Assembly (NCBI GenBank): GCA_038143065.1
Contig: JAYQLI010000035.1
Location: forward strand, 1,344,894 to 1,408,893
Length of the DNA: 64,000 nucleotides
Reading direction: 5' to 3'
DNA from: Rhodospirillales bacterium
GTDB taxonomy: Bacteria; Pseudomonadota; Alphaproteobacteria; Bin95
This document shows, one piece after another, positions 53,719 to 64,000 of this stretch. Every line of letters starts with the position of its first letter. The first letter of the stretch is position 1. Both the position numbers and the translations under genes were made by a program. The notes under the pieces were generated by a model. The model worked only from the letters and a program-made list of their open reading frames with translations, was not told where the DNA came from and made no database searches.

Positions 53719-55099
53719 GTGTATCGGTTATCAAAAACATTCGCTCTGAGCATCATCCCACTTATAATTATGACGTTTTTTGTGGCCTTCTGTCATCGCT
53801 GATCCCTCCTCAAAAGTTCAAGTTTCCTTCATCGAGGAAGAACACGCAGAAAGCTTTCAATCGAGAAAGGCTCATTTGTTAAGTTAGATTTTGGAACACC
53901 GATCAAAGATGTAAGCATTGGAGATCCTCAGATAGTGGGCGCCAATATAATCCAACCTCTTTAGATCTATTTGGTTTAGAATTTGGTTCTTCAAAAATAA
54001 CCGTGCAAGGCGAAGATGGCAAATTATTAAAAATCTTGGCTGTAGATGTCCAAAGGCCAGTGAAATTAGTTAGCAAGACGATCAAATCGCTTTTACCCAA
54101 TTCTGCAATTTTAGTTTCTAGTGTAGGGGCTTCCTTAATTCTTAATGGAAGCGTTCCGTCGGCTAGGGAAAGCCTTGATGCAGAGCGCATAGCTCGGCAG
54201 TTCGTGGATGAAGACAGCGAGATAATAAATATTCTTGAAGTTAGAGCAGTCAACAGGTTCTTCTGAAGGTAAGAATTGCAGAGATGGAACGCTCTATTTT
54301 AAAAACACTAGGAGTAGGATTAAGAGGAAACGATGGATCAGTTGGCCAATTAAACCCACTACTAGGAGGAGCTAGGGGCGTCGCAGGCGAGGCGTTTGCT
54401 ACGCTGAATGTAATTAATCCTTCTGTGGGCGTTTTTGACGATGCTCTAATTTCAGCCTTAGAAAGGGAGGGATTAGTAAAAACGCTCGCTGAACCAGCGC
54501 TCACTGCAATTTCAGGCGAAACCGCAAATTTCCTTGCTGGCGGCGAACTACCTGTGCCTTCAGGGCGTGATTCTCAAGGGAACATAAGTGTAGAATTTAA
54601 AACGTTTGGGGTTGCTCTGAGCTTTACACCAGTAGTGCTTTCAGATCAGCAGATAAGCCTGCGAATAAAAACTGAAGTCAGCAGAATAAATGAAGAACTG
54701 ACAATCACCCTTGCTGGAACGCAGATCAAAGGATTATCCGTAAGGCGCGCAGACAGCACCGTAAACCTACCGAGCGGTGGTCAAATTATGATTGCGGGGC
54801 TCTTGTCTAACGTAGACAGTTCTCAAATCGAAGGTATCCCATTTTTTAAAGAATTGCCGATTTTGGGAGCACTTTTTAGAAGCTCCCAATTTCGCGGCAA
54901 CAAAAGTGAGCTTGTAGTAATCGTCGAAAGTTATCTGGTCTCTCGCCCAGAAGACAACTCACAACTAACTACGCCACTTAGCAATTCCACTGAAATAAGT
55001 GCTTTCGATCTATTTTTTAATCAAAATCTTGATAAAAAGATCCAGCGTAGAGGGGAAGAAAATACCAGCTCTGTTAGGGACAAAATTATTGGGGAATAA
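53719..55099 (+). CDS. cpaC: Tad secretin CpaC/RcpA, several frameshifts in the 5' half
   Basis: QVLLKVRIAEM (shifted frame), LAEPALTAISGETANFLAGGELP, FGVALSFTP, LPILGALFRS. Confidence 0.92.
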
Positions 55100-55100
55100 T

Positions 55101-55778
55101 ATGCACCGAATAGCATGTCTGATGGCAGTGCTTCTGGCTACATCTTGCACTGGCGATCTTACAAAAGTCAAAAACAGTGCATCAACAAATATTCCCAGTG
55201 CATCTCTTGCCTTCGATGCAAATTCTTCCTTTGGCGACATAGAAATCTTTGAAGAACAATTATTCTTTGAATCAACTGTAAGCGAAGCTGAACGATTATC
55301 GTTAATCGTCAAAAAACAGATAAGAAAAATTCCAAACAAACAATTTTTCCTCATTGACATAGAGGCCAAGCGGAAAGAGGACGCCTCCAAATTTGGAAAG
55401 ATGATTCAAAACATACTCAATCAGCAAAGAGTCAATTTTGAAATAAAAATAGGCGCCGGTTCTGATAAACCCAAGTCGCAAACAATTTCTGTATTACTCA
55501 GGTCTGCTTGGATTAAACCAAAAGATTGCTCTCACAATGTTTCACCAATCTTGGAGAAGTAGGTTGCTATCGAAGCAAAATTTGGCTGTTCGTATGCAAA
55601 TAACATTGCTGCGATGTTAGATAATCCCCGCGATGCTATCGCACCGCGCAAAGCAGAGGCGCTAAGTACTATAAGAACGATGCAAATTCTTAGAGCTTAC
55701 GTTGAAGGTAAGGCAACGGGCGCAAATCTCCCTGAAAGTGAATCAGGTGAAGCTAGCGCTGTTTCATCCTCGGAGTGA
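55101..55778 (+). CDS. cpaD: Pilus assembly lipoprotein CpaD, interrupted at ~55560
   Basis: Lipobox LATSC; downstream frame FGCSYANNIAAMLDNPRDAIAPR. Confidence 0.8.
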
Positions 55779-55811
55779 ATTTGCAAACCAGAAAATGGTA
55801 AAATCAGAATC

Positions 55812-56938
55812 ATGAAAACAACTCGATTAGGTTTTTACAGTACTTCTGAAGAGACGGCTTCTGGATTCGCTTCTGTCGCTGACGAATTTGCGCAATCATG
55901 GTATGAAATAGACTGCCTAGTTGGGAGTGTTGAGGTCTTATCAAAATCGCCTTTCAGGAGCAAACCAGAATCCGATGACCTAATTTTTTTTAGTACCTCT
56001 GCAACTGGCAATGACCTTCTAAAAGAACTCAATGCTCTTGCAGATGTGTGTAAACCAGAGTCTCAAGTATACGTGTTTTCCCCTGAACGAGATGTTTTTG
56101 TATATCGAGAAATCTTAGCAATGGGCGTTGCAGGATGTGAAAGCCTGCCGATGGACATGGAATTCATCACCAAAGCAATAAACGGTCTGTTAAATACCGA
56201 TGGACGCGGGAAACTTGTTCTTGGTGCCTCGCTCTTAGGAGTTGGTTTTTCAACCACTCTTCTCAACGTTGCGTCACGATGTGCCTATCGTATTGGGGCT
56301 GATCGCAGTGTTTCTTTAGTTGATGGTGATAATACAGCCGGAATAACAAATTTATTTATAACTCAAAGTCCAAAATCCTTCGTTCAATTTGATACCGGTT
56401 TATCAGCGGACCCATTTCAAGGCTCAGTGCTATGTGATAGCGCAAAGTACGGAAAACCTTCGAATTTTCCCCACTCCCGCGAAACTTATTGGTTCTCGTG
56501 AAATGACCGATACCTTTCTAGACGAAAACCTGACTGAAATAACAGAAAAATCAGATTACACGTTTGTCGATTTTGGGTTGTACAATAGTTTGTGGGGATG
56601 CAGAGCCATCGAATATTGCGACCACGTTTTGCTGGCGTCGCGCCCCACGCTAAACGGCGTCCGCATAATGAGAGAAGTTATCCAAAACGTGATTGAGACG
56701 CGCGGAGCAGTTGAAAAAATATCCTGCCTTTTTTAGGTCGGGGCAGGGCTAGTAAGCATGAATTAAGCCAGAAAAAATTAAAGAAATTTTACCCAACGTG
56801 AAACTCTTTGATGTTCCAGATTTTCCATCTTATTTATTTAGTAACGAAAGTTCAGGATCACTGAGGTTTCAAGGCAAACGACCCACAAATAAGTATGAAA
56901 AATCAATTGATAAGATTTGCTCAGGGGTAATGGATTAA
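55812..56938 (+). CDS. cpaE: CpaE/TadZ-like protein (receiver-like domain plus degenerate MinD-like ATPase), frameshifted
   Basis: LADVCKPES, DVFVYREILAMGV, GVGFSTT, VSLVD, DYTFVD; lies between cpaD and cpaF. Confidence 0.8.
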
Positions 56939-56951
56939 GGCGGAGGTTTAA

Positions 56952-58421
56952 ATGGCTTTTGGTAAGCGCGACGTAGATTACCCAAACCCAGCGCCTGGCA
57001 CTGAGGCGTCACCTGGGCCAGAAGGAAGTGATTCAAATCTATCTCCAAGGCCAAGTTTGAGTATCAGTAACCTGTCGCCGGATCTCAATGTACCTGAGGC
57101 CCCTAAGTCAGTCGCCTCATCGGATAACTCAAATTCCAATCTGGCGCTGAAGAAGGTGACGTTGAATTCGATAGACTCCAAGCTCTCAAGGTAAAAATAT
57201 TTGCTGATTTGATTAAAGTTGTCGATTTAACTCAATTCGTAAACGAAGACAGGGGTCAGTTGAAGAAATCATAGGCGACGCAGTTGCCGAATTAATGGCT
57301 GCTAATGGATATGACATTAGAGGCGAAGCCGAACGGGAAATTTTAGTTCGGGATATTTGTTATGATGTTTTGGGCTTTGGGCCTTTGGAACCTTTATTAG
57401 AGCGGCAAGATATCGCTGATATTATGGTTAATGGACCCGATAAGGTTTATATTGAAACAAAGGAAAAATAGAGCTCACAGGTATTAAATTCCGCGATGCT
57501 GCTCAGCTTATGAATATTTGCCAAAGAATAGTTTCTGCTGTCGGCCGCCGAGTTGATGAAGCCAATCCCATTTGTGATGCACGATTAGCTGACGGCTCCA
57601 GGGTAAACGTCATAGGTCCCCCGCTTCTTTGACGGCGCAACTCTTACAATTCGAAAATTTTCTAGTGATAAACTGCAACTTCCAGATTTGGTTAAGTTTG
57701 GATCCATTACCGAAGAAGGTAGAATTCTTTTAGAGGTCCTATCCGAATGTCGTTCCAACGTGTTAATTTCTGGAGGTACAGGCTCCGGCAAAACAACTCT
57801 TCTAAATTGCCTCACTGACTATATTCAACCCGGCGAACGGGTAATTACATGTGAAGACGCAGCTGAACTACAATTAAAAAACCCTCATGTTAGTGCGGTT
57901 AGAAACTCGCCCTCTAATCTTGAAGGAGCAGGAGCAATCACTATGAGGATTTAGTTAAAAACTGTCTACGCATGAGACCAGAACGCATCATCGTCGGCGA
58001 AGTCCGAGGACCTGAAGCTTTTGATCTACTACAAGCAATGAACACTGGTCACGACGGCTCAATGGGAACTGTTCATGCTAACAGTCCGAGGAAGCGGTCA
58101 AGGCTTAGAAAATATGATAGCAATGGGAGGCTATAATTTGCCAACCAGTGCTGTTAGAGAGCAAATTTCTGGTTCTGTAAATGTGATTGTCCAGGCCGAA
58201 CGCCTTCGTGATGGATCCCGAAAGATAACAAATATTTCAGAAATTGTCGGGATGGAAGGCGACGTTATCACCATGCAAGAGTTATTGGTTTTTAAAGTAA
58301 CGGGTGAAACAGAGATGGAAAAGTTAGTTGGAACATGAATTTTCCTCAAACAGACCGCAATTTTTGGGATAAGGCAAAGTATTTTGGATTAGAAAGCAAA
58401 CTAAATTCAATATATCAGTGA
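56952..58421 (+). CDS. cpaF: Tad ATPase CpaF/TadA, many frameshifts
   Basis: MAFGKR start, [60 protein letters not shown]. Confidence 0.93.
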
Positions 58422-58430
58422 GTTTATTTT

Positions 58431-59427
58431 ATGTACTTTGATGACAAACGTTACAATTATTTTTCTTATTTCTATTTTACTATTTATTTTATTTTTATTA
58501 CTTATCTCTTTATTTTTTAAATAGACAAAAATGATACAGCACTGATAGGTTAAGAAATTTAGGATTAGTGCCGATAAATAATTACAAATGATGATACGGA
58601 ATCTCAAAATTTAGCCCTACAGCGTGTTCTAAGAGCAAGATTATCGGAAATTAAAAAACTTGAAAAAGGAGGATTTCGATCAAATATAAATAATTTACTT
58701 ATTAAATCTGGTTCAACATATAAATTCCAACGTTACATAATTAATTTTCGATATTAATTTATTTTATTTCTGTGTTTGTAATATTTTTTTCTACATCCAG
58801 CCTTCTTATTTCCATATTGGCTGCAATCCTACCTGGCGTATTTGGACAGAACTTTTATTTATCTTTCAAAAATGAAACGGCGGCAAAAACAATTCACATC
58901 AGACTTTGCAGGGGCTCTTGATATTATTGTCCGAGGAGTAACCGTCGGCTTATCAATCAATGAAAGTATGAAAACTGTAGCATACGAAGCCCAAGGTCCA
59001 GTCTCTGAGGAGTTTAAGTCGGATTGTAGATAGTCAAGCAATGGGCATTGAGTTCAATGACGCAATGGCTGACGCTATCAATATCGGATGCCGACGCCAG
59101 AGTTTCGGTTTTTTTCAATTGTAATGCAAATCCAAAGACAAACTGGTGGCAGTATGGCTAAAACGCTAGCTGATCTTTCATCGTTACTAAGGGGACGCAA
59201 AGAAATGCGTGATAAAATTATGGCACTCAGTTCAGAAGCAAAATCATCAGCTAAAATTATAGGATGTTTACCGATAGGGATCGGAGGCATGCTTTATTTG
59301 GCTTTGCTCCCTGATTTTCTTGATCCATTATTAACTAGTACCGTTGGCAATTTCATGATCGGCGGCGCACTCGTCTTGATGCTAATTGGTGATTTTAGTG
59401 AAATCAATGATCAATTTTGAGATTTAA
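58431..59427 (+). CDS. tadB: Tad inner-membrane platform TadB, many frameshifts, approximate ends
   Basis: FAGALDIIVRGVTVGL, PVSEEF, FFSIVMQIQRQTGG, ALSSEAKSSA. Confidence 0.85.
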
Positions 59428-59428
59428 T

Positions 59429-60360
59429 ATGGAGATTTTATTTTTAATCTTGCCTCTGCTGATATTTTGTTTTTGCTCACTATTATTGATGTTGCGTGAA
59501 AAGGATTGGCCCCAGACAGAATTAACCCTTAATTTTTAAATGCTCAAACAACAATAAAGATCAGTCCTCTGCTCCAGAAAGAACGCAAAACGGTCAAAAA
59601 ATCAAAACCTTCTATCCTTGGCAAATTTTATCTGATGATTAGAGATCAAAATGCTCAGTCGTCGCAGAGGATATCTCGACTGCTCCTCAAAGCTGGAGTA
59701 AGGGGTGACAATTCTGTGGAAGTATTCCGATTTACGCTTTGCTTAATTGCAATAGCACTAGGTGCGATTGCCTTATTAATAATGACGTTTGCTGAACAGT
59801 TAGAAGTCACTCAACCGCTGAAAACACTCATTATTTTAGCGGCTGGCGCAATTAGGTTTTATTTACCCTACCGTTTTAATGATCAACAACGCAATGAAAA
59901 GACGGGATGAAATTAAAGCTGGGTTGCCTGATATGCTAGATTTAATGGTGATTTGCATTCAAGGAGGCTTGAGCTTAGAGCCAGCATTAACACGGGTATC
60001 GAAGGAAATACGCCATTCTTATAAAGTTCTCTGAAGAGCTAACAACCCCTTAATGTAGAGCTATCACTTATCTTGGCGATCGCTTTCAGGCTTATCAAAA
60101 TTTACAGAAAGGGTTGATTTCCTGAAGTAAAATCTTTGGTTTCCAATGATGTATCAAAGTGAGAAACTTGGCACCCCTCTAGGAGTAGCATTTCAACACT
60201 AACTGAAGAAACAAGAAAAGAAAGAATGTCCATGGCTGAAAGAAAAGCCGGTTCGTTATCTTCTAAACTCACAGTCCCAATGATTTTGTTTTTTGTTCCA
60301 GCTATGTTTGTAGTTATCTAGGACCGCCAATCCAACAGATGATGGCATTGCTGGGTAAAC
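59429..60360 (+). CDS. tadC: Tad inner-membrane platform TadC, many frameshifts, approximate ends
   Basis: LLKAG, GLPDMLDLMVICIQGGLSLE.AL.RV, QSEKLGT, AERKA...KLTVPMILFFVP. Confidence 0.85.
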
Positions 60361-60369
60361 TCTATCGAG

Positions 60370-60975
60370 CTATTCAATTTTTCTAGAAGGTCAATCTATT
60401 TCTTTTTTTTAATCAATTCCATTCACTCCTCCGGTTTGTTTGTCCTTTTAGAAGTTGGACATAATCAAACATACAGCCTTCATTTTGGAGAATCCACAAC
60501 AAACATTGTTTAATTGTCCTCAGCCAGTCCTATTCTTTCCCAGTTTATTTATTGCACCTCTCAGCCAAAAAAATAGAAAGTGGATTACTTATAGTATTCG
60601 GGCTTTTTTCCAAGAAATTTTCTGCCTCGTTTTCCAACCAAAAGAAACTTTGTAAAAAATTAATGATGAAACTATCTTTGATTTTCTGGACGACCAAATC
60701 TTTGTTTTTGAATTTAAATATTCTAAGAGTGAAGTCCTATTCTTGTTTGTCTAACAGCCCGAATGTAGCCAATATGATAGTCGAGATTATCTGGATCCAA
60801 TTCTTGAAGCGGAGATATATTTAGTTGAGAATTGAAAAGTTTTCCTTGTCAGAGAGCAGCGCACGATCATTAATTATTGAAAGTAAGAGATGCTTGTGGG
60901 GTACGCTCTTGGTGGCATGCAGTAAGGATTAACAGCAAATATGTAAGCAGAGGAATAAGGCGCTGGAACAGCCAG
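60370..60975 (-). CDS. Degraded-looking lipoprotein, possibly a TadD-like TPR pilotin (approximate coordinates)
   Basis: Minus-strand RLIPLLTYLLLILTAC lipobox and LQELDPDNLDYHIGYIRAVR TPR-like segment; many breaks. Confidence 0.4.
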
Positions 60976-60991
60976 TTTTGGAGGAGAAAAA

Positions 60992-61452
60992 ATGAGAATT
61001 CCTGCTGATTTTAGCTGTGGTGGTCGTTCATTTTGGAGTGACTGCTAGTAGGCCTGCTTGGAGTCAGAACCAGGCCTTTCTTGGTCGGTGAAGTTCGCGT
61101 CGTGAGTGTCCCATTTGACATCAAAAGTATCTTAAATGGATCAGATGCTGTTGTTAATTTAAATGTGGAAGAATCCTCGAAGAGTAATCATGACTGGGAT
61201 GGCCCAGGTAGGACCAATCTAATTATCCTTGGATCCAAAGATGAAAGAATAGATTATTCTATTTTCGTATCTCCAGATAATCGGGATCTGGTTTATTCAT
61301 AAAGGACCTTCAAACAATGTAATCTTTAGATGTGGTGATCGGTGCGAACGAGATGAGAGCGAGGAAGGAGAATCATCTCCATTGGATTCCACTCTGCCCT
61401 CAAATGATGGAAAAGCCCAACCCAACTAGAGTTTCTGGTAAGCAGCGGCTGA
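60992..61452 (+). CDS. Pilus-assembly N-terminal-domain protein (secretin N-domain-like), frameshifted
   Basis: GGAG RBS, signal peptide, VGEVRVVSVP, PGRTNLIIL, FRCGDRC. Confidence 0.6.
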
Positions 61453-61817
61453 AGCTTTGAGGAACGTTTGATATAAAAACTATCAAACCTGCCATTCCAA
61501 ACAGAGCCTCTACGATGGCGGGGCCCCAACAATTAAAAATCGTGATTAGTAACAGTTTTTGTAATGCGTTACAATTTTTCGCAGACCAGTAGATACAGAA
61601 CTGGCAGCATCTTTAAGTTAATTTCCTAAAGGAAGCGGTAACAACACTGATAAGGTAAAATATTTTCCTTCTGAAACTAAAATTAGTATTATGGACGAGA
61701 TTACTTTCCTATAATTAGAATATTCAACTGTCGTGGTATCCAGCTAAAAAATTTTTTAGTCGCTCTAATAATACAGGTAGAGGCGATCACCAAGCCAACT
61801 CGCCCCATATCTAATTT

Positions 61818-62007
61818 TTAGCACAAGCTGGTACCGCTGTTGCTACCCACCAAAACGTATTGGTCAGGTTAGTAATCTGAGCCACCAATTAAAACGTATT
61901 GCAATTCAATGATCACGACCTTCAATCCCCGCAATTATGAGCACATACTCAACTGCGGTAGCGCCGTCTTCATTACGGGCAAACTTAGAAGTAATAGCTT
62001 TCAACAT
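61818..62007 (-). CDS. Flp/Fap type IVc pilin, 3' half frameshifted
   Basis: MLKAITSKFARNEDGATAVEYVLIIAGI: class III signal with G/ATAVEY Flp motif. Confidence 0.88.
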
Positions 62008-62026
62008 CTTGAGGTCCCCCTAAAAA

Positions 62027-62096
62027 CTACGACTATAAATAGCCTGTCGTAGGTTATACCAATTAAAAACAACTATTCTAATGACCAACCATTAGA
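62027..62096. promoter_or_regulatory. Two 7-bp inverted repeats in the divergent pilin/tadE intergenic region
   Basis: CTACGAC-N12-GTCGTAG (62027-62052) and TCTAATG-N6-CATTAGA (62077-62096). Confidence 0.4.
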
Positions 62097-62120
62097 TCAA
62101 TGAATGGTTCTAGATCCCAA

Positions 62121-62576
62121 ATGATAATTGCCAAAGTGAAACGAAAATCACAAAACTTTTTAAAGAAACAAAATGGCGGGATCGCTGTTGAATTCGTTTT
62201 GCTTGTCCCTTTAATTTTGATGGTTTTAGTACTCATTGCGGACTTTGGTTCTTATCTACTCAAGAAGCAAATCTTTCATCTGTAACACGTGGTGTCATAA
62301 CATTGGTTAGCAACTCCCAAACGTTGCTGTCAATCAGCCTCAATTACTTGTTTATGCTCAAAATTCCCTCGGCCCCTCAGCAAAAAATGTGTCCTTAATG
62401 TAACATCAATTTGTAGTTTAATGGCGCTGCAAACCAACTGTGCAAATATTGCAATGGCAGCCCATCAAGAATGAGGTTGAAGCAATCTATCATATGATCA
62501 TACACTGATGTTTCCTTACCCAGGACTTGGACAAACTCTCCAAATAAGCGACAACCTTATCTTCCGCGTAAGGTGA
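62121..62576 (+). CDS. TadE-like pseudopilin, frameshifted
   Basis: KQNGGIAVEFVLLVPLILMVLVLIADFG. Confidence 0.8.
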
Positions 62577-63011
62577 GTGAAAGAATTGAAATCGTTGTCA
62601 AAAACTAATATTTTTGTTTCTGAAAAAATGATCATGGGGCGGCCGCTGTTGAATTTGTGTTAATAGCCCCATTGTTTATTGCCATTATGATTGGTGGGGT
62701 TGATTAGGTCGTTACCTATTTCTCCAACATGAACTTAATTCTGCAGTTCAAGAGGCCGGGCGCTTCGCAATGATACGTGGGTCTTCAGCGGCTACTCCGG
62801 CCACTCCAAATGATGTAATAAACTTTGCTGTTCAGCTATTACAATTTAACAACCGCAATAACATAACATTTACGGTAACATATGCGCCTAATAACTCCAG
62901 AGGCAGTACCCTGAGAGTCGAGGCCAAGCCAATTTTCAAATCATTGGAGGATTGCTCGCTTCTAGTGGACTAACGCTTGATGCAACCTCCATTAATATAA
63001 TGGTCAATTAA
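62577..63011 (+). CDS. Second TadE/TadF-like pseudopilin, frameshifted
   Basis: NDHGAAAVEFVLIAPLFIAIMIG, LNSAVQEAGRFAMIRG. Confidence 0.8.
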
Positions 63012-63462
63012 CTCAAATTCTTCACGAAAATTAATGACGAGATAATCCCAGGTGCAAAAGGATCTTAGCTTTCTAAATTCTGAGAAATCAAGGATTGGAT
63101 GCATCTGATTTTTTGAAATGCCATAAAAATAGCCCAGATTACTCCGAAAATGAACGAAGCTGACAGAAAATATAAAATCGAGGTATATCGATAAAGAATA
63201 CTAAGCAGCCATTAATTTTGCATCACCAGCACCCCAAATTTTTTGGCGAATAGGTAAAACCCTACGGCAAGTACTGAAAAAAGAAATGATTAAATAATAA
63301 AACAACATGTAATTGTTTATCATTCACCAATATATACATAAATCTAAGATGAATATAGAATACAGAACACCAATTAGGTATTTTGTAATACTTTAAATCA
63401 TAAAATAATATATATAAAAATATTAAAACCGAACATCCGAATATAATTACACTTTCTTGCAT
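63008..63462 (-). CDS. cpaA: Prepilin peptidase CpaA/TadV (A24), frameshifted
   Basis: YDLKYYKIPNW and GAGDAKLM catalytic Asp motifs; C-terminal IPFAPGI. Confidence 0.85.
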
Positions 63463-63468
63463 AAATAT

Positions 63469-64000
63469 TTAACTATTACCAAGATTTTTTAATGAAAATA
63501 AATCTAATATAATTAAATCTTTATTACGCCTTATTATAATTCCGTCATGCATCAATTGGCCTAATATCGAACTAACAAATGATTTGAGGTCCCTGTCCAG
63601 GCTGCTATCTCATCATGCTTCGGCGAGGGACTGATCAGCCATTGCCCAGGATTAAGGCTTGAGGCTCTCACTAACCTTATAAGCTGCTGAATAACGCGAA
63701 TTCGTTGGAGTTGTGGTGGAAAAATCTTCAAGACGCTGGTTGGTTTGACGCAATCTTGCCGTGAAGAGTTTTAACAGCCGAAGCGTTAATTGAGGCTCAT
63801 TAGCCAGAAGGCGCTCAAAGTCTGTTTGCTTTAGCTCTGCGATCTCCCCAGGCGTCCTGCATCTAACATCCGCAGATCGTGGCAAGCCATCTATCGCGGA
63901 CATTTCACCAAAAAATTCATTTTTCCCCAATATCTGCATATCTCAGGTCTTGATCTTCATTGATCATAGTTTCTACTGAATATGTACCAGAGACTGTGAA
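63469..64000 (-). CDS. Crp/Fnr-family regulator, 5' end beyond the window, frameshifted
   Basis: cNMP pocket FFGEMSAIDGLPRSADV, LFTARLRQTN; shifted frame gives HTH PKHDEIAAWTGT...LGQLMHDGII; stop at 63469. Confidence 0.82.

Noticed and set aside
61453-61817. Extra gene or second pilin between the pilus N-domain gene and the pilin
   Set aside because: No Flp motif or credible ORF seen, and local sequence quality is too poor to call
1-64000. CRISPR array, tandem repeat array, tRNA/rRNA, IS, integrase, prophage or defence system
   Set aside because: No spaced repeats, RNA-gene signatures or such protein motifs seen by eye; sfsA and rmuC are in ordinary housekeeping context

Overview
64 kb of chromosome from an Alphaproteobacterium, probably Rhodospirillales-like (inferred from gene order: sfsA-map, bamE/cbp3-yceD-plsX-fabH, glyA-nrdR-ribD-ribE-ribB-ribH-nusB-thiL, and a Caulobacter-type cpa/tad locus). 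The sequence carries many single-base indels, mostly in homopolymers, including in normally essential genes (map, plsX, fabH). Their density rises sharply after about 53.6 kb, so I treat most breaks as long-read or low-coverage errors, not pseudogenes. Content: core genes for fatty-acid initiation, purine, riboflavin and thiamine synthesis, glyA and rmuC; an esterase/Cys-less thiolase-like/DUF35 module; a standalone short LOV blue-light sensor followed 6 bp later by a minimal GNAT; an aromatic amino-acid decarboxylase divergent from an F420-type LLM oxidoreductase; a six-gene flavin-monooxygenase block between an atypical AcnA (His in the QDFTG motif) and an AcnB; and a nearly complete Tad/Flp pilus locus with a Crp/Fnr regulator directly upstream of the prepilin peptidase. 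I recognised no rRNA, tRNA, CRISPR array, transposase, integrase or prophage gene. All family assignments come from motifs read by eye and recalled knowledge; no database search was run.
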